Source: an uncultured Fibrobacterales bacterium
GTDB lineage: Bacteria > Fibrobacterota > Fibrobacteria > Fibrobacterales > CAWVXU01
Assembly: GCA_963934255.1 (NCBI GenBank)
Contig: CAWVXU010000044.1
Span: 1-21,007 of the forward strand
DNA: 21,007 nucleotides
Direction: 5' to 3'
The notes beneath the pieces are model-generated. The model was not told where the DNA came from and did not search any database. It saw only the letters and a program-made list of their open reading frames with translations. Numbering within the stretch: the first letter of the stretch is position 1; every line of letters begins with the position of its first letter. Below, piece by piece: positions 16,232-21,007 of the stretch. Made by a program: the position numbers and the translations under genes.

Positions 16232-17449
16232 TTAACCCTCTAGTTTTGCAGCAATAAACGCCGTGGTCCAGGCGGCCTGAAAATTATAACCACCTGTGAT
16301 GCCGTCAATATCCAACAATTCTCCAGCGAAATACAAATGAGGGCAGACCTTACTTTGCATGGTTTTAAAATCAACACTGTCCAGGCTGACACCACCGCAG
16401 GTGACGAATTCTTCTCGGAAGGTGGTCTTGCCTTTAACTTGATAGGTGTCATTGGTCAATAATCTCACCAGCTTATTGATTCCTTTTTTACCAAGTTCAT
16501 TCCATTTCCTAGCAGGAGAAAATTCCGCTTTGTTTAATAAAAACAACCAAAGTCTTTCTGGCAATTGATAGGCTCTAAAGTTGGATAATTGTTTGCCTGA
16601 GTGTTCTGTTACGATTTGGTTTAAGTTTTCAAGAACAAGATCATTATTTGGTTCATTCACCCAGTTCACCTGAACTGTAAAATCATACTCTTTATCTTTT
16701 AAAATTCTTGCTCCAAAAGCGGATAATTTTAAAATGGCTGGGCCGCTCATTCCCCAATGGGTGATTAAGAGAGGGCCGTCTCCCTTTAGTTTTGTTCCTT
16801 GAATGCTGACCAAGGCTTTTTCAACTACTATCCCCATTAGCTCTTTAATGGGTTCGTCAGGCATGTTAAAAGTGAAGAGGGACGGGGCTGGATCCTCAAT
16901 CTTGTGATTTAATTTTTCTAGCCAAAGAAAGCCTTTTTTCATAGGGGAACCACCAGTCGTGATGATCATTTTATCATAGATTTGTCGTTCTTTGACTCCG
17001 CCTTTAAATTCAATCGAGAGTTTGCCATCGACAGGCAGCAGGGAGCTCACTCGGCTTTCTAGCTGGATTTCGATCCCGAGGTTTTTGATTTCTGCGTGAA
17101 AACAATCGATAATACTTTGAGAATCTTGAGACACTGGAAATACACACAGATCATCTTGAATCACTAAAGGAACTCCTCGAGATTCAAACCATTCCATCGT
17201 GTGTGAATTGTTAAAAAATCGGAAAGCATTTTTAAGTTTTTTGCCTCCTCTTGGATAGGCACGAGCAAGTTCTGATATTGATTGAGTGCCATTAGTCACA
17301 TTACAGCGACCACCACCAGAAATTTTCACTTTAGTTAATGTTTTTTTTGATTGTTCAATAATGACAACACGGGCATCAGGGTGGTTAATTTTAACATGAA
17401 TGGCAGCAAAAAAACCTGCGGCTCCTCCTCCAATAATGGCTACATTCAT
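16232..17449 (-). CDS. HI0933/YhiN/BaiN family NAD(P)/FAD-dependent oxidoreductase
   Basis: GGGAAG, KVKISGGGRCNVTN, LITHWGMSGP, VTCGGV and GELLDIDGITGGYNFQAAW motifs. Confidence 0.95.
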   Translation of the reverse strand: MNVAIIGGGAAGFFAAIHVKINHPDARVVIIEQSKKTLTKVKISGGGRCNVTNGTQSISELARAYPRGGKKLKNAFRFFNNSHTMEWFESRGVPLVIQDDLCVFPVSQDSQSIIDCFHAEIKNLGIEIQLESRVSSLLPVDGKLSIEFKGGVKERQIYDKMIITTGGSPMKKGFLWLEKLNHKIEDPAPSLFTFNMPDEPIKELMGIVVEKALVSIQGTKLKGDGPLLITHWGMSGPAILKLSAFGARILKDKEYDFTVQVNWVNEPNNDLVLENLNQIVTEHSGKQLSNFRAYQLPERLWLFLLNKAEFSPARKWNELGKKGINKLVRLLTNDTYQVKGKTTFREEFVTCGGVSLDSVDFKTMQSKVCPHLYFAGELLDIDGITGGYNFQAAWTTAFIAAKLEG

Positions 17450-17704
17450 TTTGACCCCTTAGTAGATTGGTTGACTTAAAATTTACCTTTAAGTGATTTA
17501 TTGTGTGACTTTTAGTTTGTCTATTGATAACTAACAAGAGTCTCTATGAAAATGGGTTGTATTCATTGGCGCTTGCGGATATTACAATAAAACTATTCCT
17601 TTCGTTCTCAAAAACCTACCCTTTGTCGCTATGATATAGCCTGAACCATGAATTGGATATATATTTAACGAGAATTAAAAATTCTCAATCAAAACTAAGG
17701 ATTC

Positions 17705-18217
17705 ATGATGAAAAAAATCGCTCTCACAGCAATGGCAATCGCCCTAATAGCCTGTGGACAAGAAGAAGTGCAAAAAGATGCAGCTCCTGCTACGCCGGCT
17801 CCTGTTAAAGAATTGGCAAAGCCTGCAGAAGCAACTGTAGCTGAAGTTATCAAAATTGAAATTGAAGGCAATGACCAAATGCTTTACAACCTCAAGGAAA
17901 TTAAAGCCAAAGCTGGAGCAAAAGTCTCTCTTACTTTAAAGCATACAGGTAAACTCCCTAAAGCGGCGATGGGTCACAATATTGTCATTCTTGCGGCTGG
18001 TGAAGACTTCGCTTCGTTTGCAACTGCATCAAATGCAGCTGGAGCTGATAAAGAGTATTTACAAGATGGCGCTCAAGTAATTGCTGCTTCAAAAGTCATT
18101 GGCGGTGGCGAATCGGTAACAGTAGAGTTTACAGCACCTGCAGCTGGAACTTATGATTTCCTTTGTACTGTCCCTGGACATTATGCAATGATGAAGGGTC
18201 AATTCATTGTTGAGTAA
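17705..18217 (+). CDS. azu: Lipid-anchored azurin (type 1 blue copper protein)
   Basis: Lipobox LIAC and a Pro/Ala linker. Copper ligands in MGHN and CTVPGHYAMM; 'GNDQM' azurin motif. The start could be 17708. Confidence 0.88.
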   Translation: MMKKIALTAMAIALIACGQEEVQKDAAPATPAPVKELAKPAEATVAEVIKIEIEGNDQMLYNLKEIKAKAGAKVSLTLKHTGKLPKAAMGHNIVILAAGEDFASFATASNAAGADKEYLQDGAQVIAASKVIGGGESVTVEFTAPAAGTYDFLCTVPGHYAMMKGQFIVE

Positions 18218-18238
18218 GATTTATATTGTTTTGTAAAT

Positions 18239-18311
18239 AGTCATTTGTTGATTTAGTCGACTTATTAAGAATTATTTTAATATGAGACTAGATTGGCCAA
18301 TGACTTTTTTT
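18239..18311 (+). terminator. Long hairpin with T-tract between convergent azurin and GspG-like genes
   Basis: Nested AGTCATT/AATGACT, TTTAGTC/GACTAGA and TATTAAGA/TTTTAATA stems, followed by a run of T. Confidence 0.55.
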
Positions 18312-18315
18312 CTTT

Positions 18316-18717
18316 CTAGTAGCAAACATCCTGATGAAAAATATCGTCATCTGTGTCGTGTTCCTCATCTGCACCCGGGCTTCGGATTTCAAAACCTTGT
18401 CTTCCTTGTTCATCTTCAATTAGACTCACGTAGTAATGATTCTCCCAATGATCTTGGGACGTATCTCTAGACTTGTCATTCGAACCCATGTTTGTTCTAA
18501 TATATTCATACCAATCATCTTGAGAATTATCAGGAAAGTTACAATCGTTTCCAATAGCATAATTAAGGTAGATTGTTTTACCAATGCCCTTGACTTCTGT
18601 AGAAACAATGACATTCTTCGTTAAGTTGATGAAAAAAGAGAGTTGATCCCCTCCAACACTAGCACCTTTATGGATGAGAAATATCACGACTCCGAGTCCT
18701 ATTAATTTACTAAACAT
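18316..18717 (-). CDS. GspG/T2SS-G-like domain protein with an N-terminal hydrophobic anchor
   Basis: C-terminal 'DHWENHYY...FEIRSPGADEEHDTDDDI' matches the GspG pattern DPWGxxYxY...SxGxDG...DDI. No G|FTLIE prepilin motif. Overlaps the upstream gene by 8 nt. Confidence 0.7.
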   Translation of the reverse strand: MFSKLIGLGVVIFLIHKGASVGGDQLSFFINLTKNVIVSTEVKGIGKTIYLNYAIGNDCNFPDNSQDDWYEYIRTNMGSNDKSRDTSQDHWENHYYVSLIEDEQGRQGFEIRSPGADEEHDTDDDIFHQDVCY

Positions 18718-20863
18718 GTTTCATAAACTCCTTTCCCAAAGTATTGAGTCTTTTACTGGCCAAATCATTCAGCTTAATACCTGCAAGCAGGTTGTCCTTA
18801 ATGACATCATAAAAGTCTTGTTTAGTTAAATAGAGTGTATGAGACTGAGAAATAGAAATAGCTGAGGCGGTTCTGGTTATGTTTTTAATTAAGGCAATTT
18901 CTCCAAAGTAATCACCTTTGGATAGTGTTTTTTCCAGAGTTATTTTTTCATCTTCAGAATGTTGAATGAGGATGTCTCCATCTTGAATGATGTAAAATTT
19001 ATCACCCTGTTCATCTTGTTTGAAAATAGTTTCATCTTTATTAAAATCAGCTGATTGGAGTTTTGAAATCAATGAATTAATTTGTGAAGAATTAAGGCAT
19101 GAGAACATTTCAATATTCATTAAAATTTTGCTGATACCAATCATGTTCGTGATTTTTTCTTTATTGATACCAGACTTTTTAATAAATTCATCAAAGTCTT
19201 TTTTATCAAGTTTAATCAGGAATGTTTTTGTGACCGCTTTTACTGTGGCAGTTCGGTAAGTATCTTCTATTAATGCGATCTCACCAAATGAGTCACCAAT
19301 TTCAAGAGTGGCTAAAGATCGGTCGGCTCCGTTCTTCAAACTCTTTGTGACGTTTACTTTACCTTTTACAATCGTAAAGAATTCAGTTCCTTTGTCACCT
19401 TCTACAATAATGTTATTTCCAGCTGGAACTTCAATTATTCTTAAAATCTCACAAAGGGATTGGGTGTCAGATTCACTGAGTTTGGAGAAGAGTGGGATTT
19501 CATGTATGAAGTTATAAACACTCTCTTTTGCAGGTATTTTTTTACTAAAAATATCTTGTGATATTTTAGATAGCTTGTATATCGGTGTTCTAGCCACACT
19601 CTTAAGGTTTTGAATTGCAATGATACAAGTCGTTAATAACAAAATGATAGAGGGGACTACCAATGATACAATGTAAACTGAGATCATCAATTTTTCAGCA
19701 AGTGTAAATTGAGAGATGTTTACAAAAAATGACAATAGGTTGAGCTTCAGGCTGGTCCAAAGATAAGAGTAAAAGAGGTAAATCCAAACGATACTATAAG
19801 TAGATGTTAAAAGGTTAAAATTTTGTCCCTTGTATTTATTTCCAAAATTGAAAATTTCCTTAACGAAATTTTTGGATAAATACGCAAATGAGTTGACTGG
19901 CTCGCCTCCATCAGGTTTAATGAGCCTGAGGATTTGGTTGAGTTCCGTCTTGAAAAGAGGTGAGATATTTATAAAAGAAATTAAAAGACTTAATTGAAAT
20001 AAAAGTGTGAGTAAAGATTCTTCTATTTGAATCATACCCCAACCAAAGCAGGCCAAAACGATTGTAAACGGAAAAAATATTCGTGAACAATAAAAAGAAA
20101 TCGATTTAAAAAGACCCTTTTTTACGATATCACTGCTATCTAAAGTGAAAAATAGAAATCCCCAGGAGAAGGTTATTCTCGGGTTAATACTGTCCAACTT
20201 GTAGTGCGACAATTTATAAGCTGATAGAATGTTCTTGAGGGACAAGCTGAGAGAAATAAATAGCCAAATGGCGATCATTTCAATGATGGGTGAACTGAAA
20301 AATTGAGATTGTCCATAAATTGTTTTAAAATGAAATGAGTGCATGTAAATAATATTGCGCATAGGTGCATAGGCAATGGCAATAACCAGGAGTGTCATTA
20401 AAAGAGGAAGGGATAAGATGGCTGATGAAATTTTTGATAAAATAGGATTAGAAAATTTTAATTCTAATTTAATTACATCAATACTAAGAAACTGAAGGAT
20501 TTTGTTTTTCGCTTTTATTGACTTCTTATCCGATTCAAGTATCTCAATTTCATCTTTAATCTCTTCGGCATAATCACCCGAGAGAAAACCTCCAGAATTG
20601 AGTTTGATCATAAGATCCATTATTGCTTGGAAATCTTGAGCACCCTTTTTTTCTAATTCATCTTGAAGTAAGTCAGAAAACGATTTCTTGCCATTAAATT
20701 TTTCAATTAGCTTAAATTCATCATTGTCAATTTTTAGGTAATTCTTGTTCATACTGTTTTTTAGAAATTTAACAGATTCAGAAAAGTCAATTATTTCAGT
20801 TTCTGGAATTAATGCAGGTTGAATGTCTTCAATTTTTAATCCGCTATGGTCGTTCGAGTTCAC
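18710..20863 (-). CDS. Membrane protein with PqqD/RRE-like N-terminus, degenerate M50 peptidase-like TM region and two cNMP-binding domains
   Basis: Two phosphate-binding cassettes (GDSFGEIALIEDTYRTATV and GDYFGEIALIKNITRTASA) and several TM segments. The N-terminus fits an RRE pattern. GTG start with AGAGG upstream. Confidence 0.82.
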   Translation of the reverse strand: MNSNDHSGLKIEDIQPALIPETEIIDFSESVKFLKNSMNKNYLKIDNDEFKLIEKFNGKKSFSDLLQDELEKKGAQDFQAIMDLMIKLNSGGFLSGDYAEEIKDEIEILESDKKSIKAKNKILQFLSIDVIKLELKFSNPILSKISSAILSLPLLMTLLVIAIAYAPMRNIIYMHSFHFKTIYGQSQFFSSPIIEMIAIWLFISLSLSLKNILSAYKLSHYKLDSINPRITFSWGFLFFTLDSSDIVKKGLFKSISFYCSRIFFPFTIVLACFGWGMIQIEESLLTLLFQLSLLISFINISPLFKTELNQILRLIKPDGGEPVNSFAYLSKNFVKEIFNFGNKYKGQNFNLLTSTYSIVWIYLFYSYLWTSLKLNLLSFFVNISQFTLAEKLMISVYIVSLVVPSIILLLTTCIIAIQNLKSVARTPIYKLSKISQDIFSKKIPAKESVYNFIHEIPLFSKLSESDTQSLCEILRIIEVPAGNNIIVEGDKGTEFFTIVKGKVNVTKSLKNGADRSLATLEIGDSFGEIALIEDTYRTATVKAVTKTFLIKLDKKDFDEFIKKSGINKEKITNMIGISKILMNIEMFSCLNSSQINSLISKLQSADFNKDETIFKQDEQGDKFYIIQDGDILIQHSEDEKITLEKTLSKGDYFGEIALIKNITRTASAISISQSHTLYLTKQDFYDVIKDNLLAGIKLNDLASKRLNTLGKEFMKHV

Positions 20864-20902
20864 TTTAAACCTCTATTTAATGAAACTGACTAATACGTGC
20901 CA

Positions 20903-20911
20903 ATTATACCA
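20903..20911 (-). promoter_or_regulatory. Extended -10 box (TGgTATAAT) upstream of the cNMP-domain gene
   Basis: The minus strand reads TGGTATAAT about 40 nt upstream of GTG 20863. It is identical to the box at 2630-2638. Confidence 0.55.
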
Positions 20912-21007
20912 TCAATTTATGAAAATCCTAATTTTTAAAAAGGGTGAGATGCACTATGTCCTATAAAATCAATGTGTGTATAGAGGAGGTGAATGAGTCC
21001 TGCTTTA

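Noticed and set aside
18316..18717. Canonical gspG of a type II secretion system
   Set aside because: It lacks the prepilin cleavage motif and no other gsp genes are in the window, so no gene symbol was assigned.
1999..19517. Short overlapping ORFs in the track (1999, 9561, 9571, 10190, 12827, 13197, 13896, 16240, 18282, 18426, 18436, 19020, 19308)
   Set aside because: They are alternative-frame or antisense shadows of confidently identified genes and show no motifs.
20887..20902. Sigma54 promoter (TGGCACG on the minus strand; also TGGCAC at 8534)
   Set aside because: Neither site has the -12 TTGC element at the required spacing.
20982..21007. Possible gene start (AGAGGAGGTGA then ATG at 20993)
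   Set aside because: Only five codons lie inside the window, so it cannot be supported.

Overview
AT-rich bacterial chromosomal window with about 22 protein-coding genes. No rRNA, tRNA, CRISPR array or intact mobile element was recognised. From left to right: (1) a TetR-like regulator plus an ABC1/UbiB atypical kinase; (2) a four-gene gamma-glutamylation-type amine catabolism operon (aldehyde dehydrogenase, glutamine synthetase-like ligase, Fe-alcohol dehydrogenase, class I glutamine amidotransferase); (3) a Cys-rich Kazal-domain lipoprotein flanked on both sides by unusually structured intergenic DNA; (4) a redox/stress block (flavin reductase, YbjT-like SDR, SGNH lipoprotein, TIGR03643, SDR, glutathione peroxidase, two small membrane proteins, SRPBCC); (5) a YbhB/YbcL plus AraC pair; (6) an HI0933 flavoprotein divergent from a lipid-anchored azurin; (7) a two-gene unit encoding a PqqD/RRE-like, catalytically dead M50-like, tandem cNMP-binding membrane protein overlapping a GspG-like gene. 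The best candidates for something undescribed are unit (7) and a multi-stem RNA-like element at 7399-7529. Strong Shine-Dalgarno sites and sigma70-like extended -10 boxes argue against a typical Bacteroidota host, although several proteins look Bacteroidota-like. All family calls come from motifs read by eye; no database search was run.
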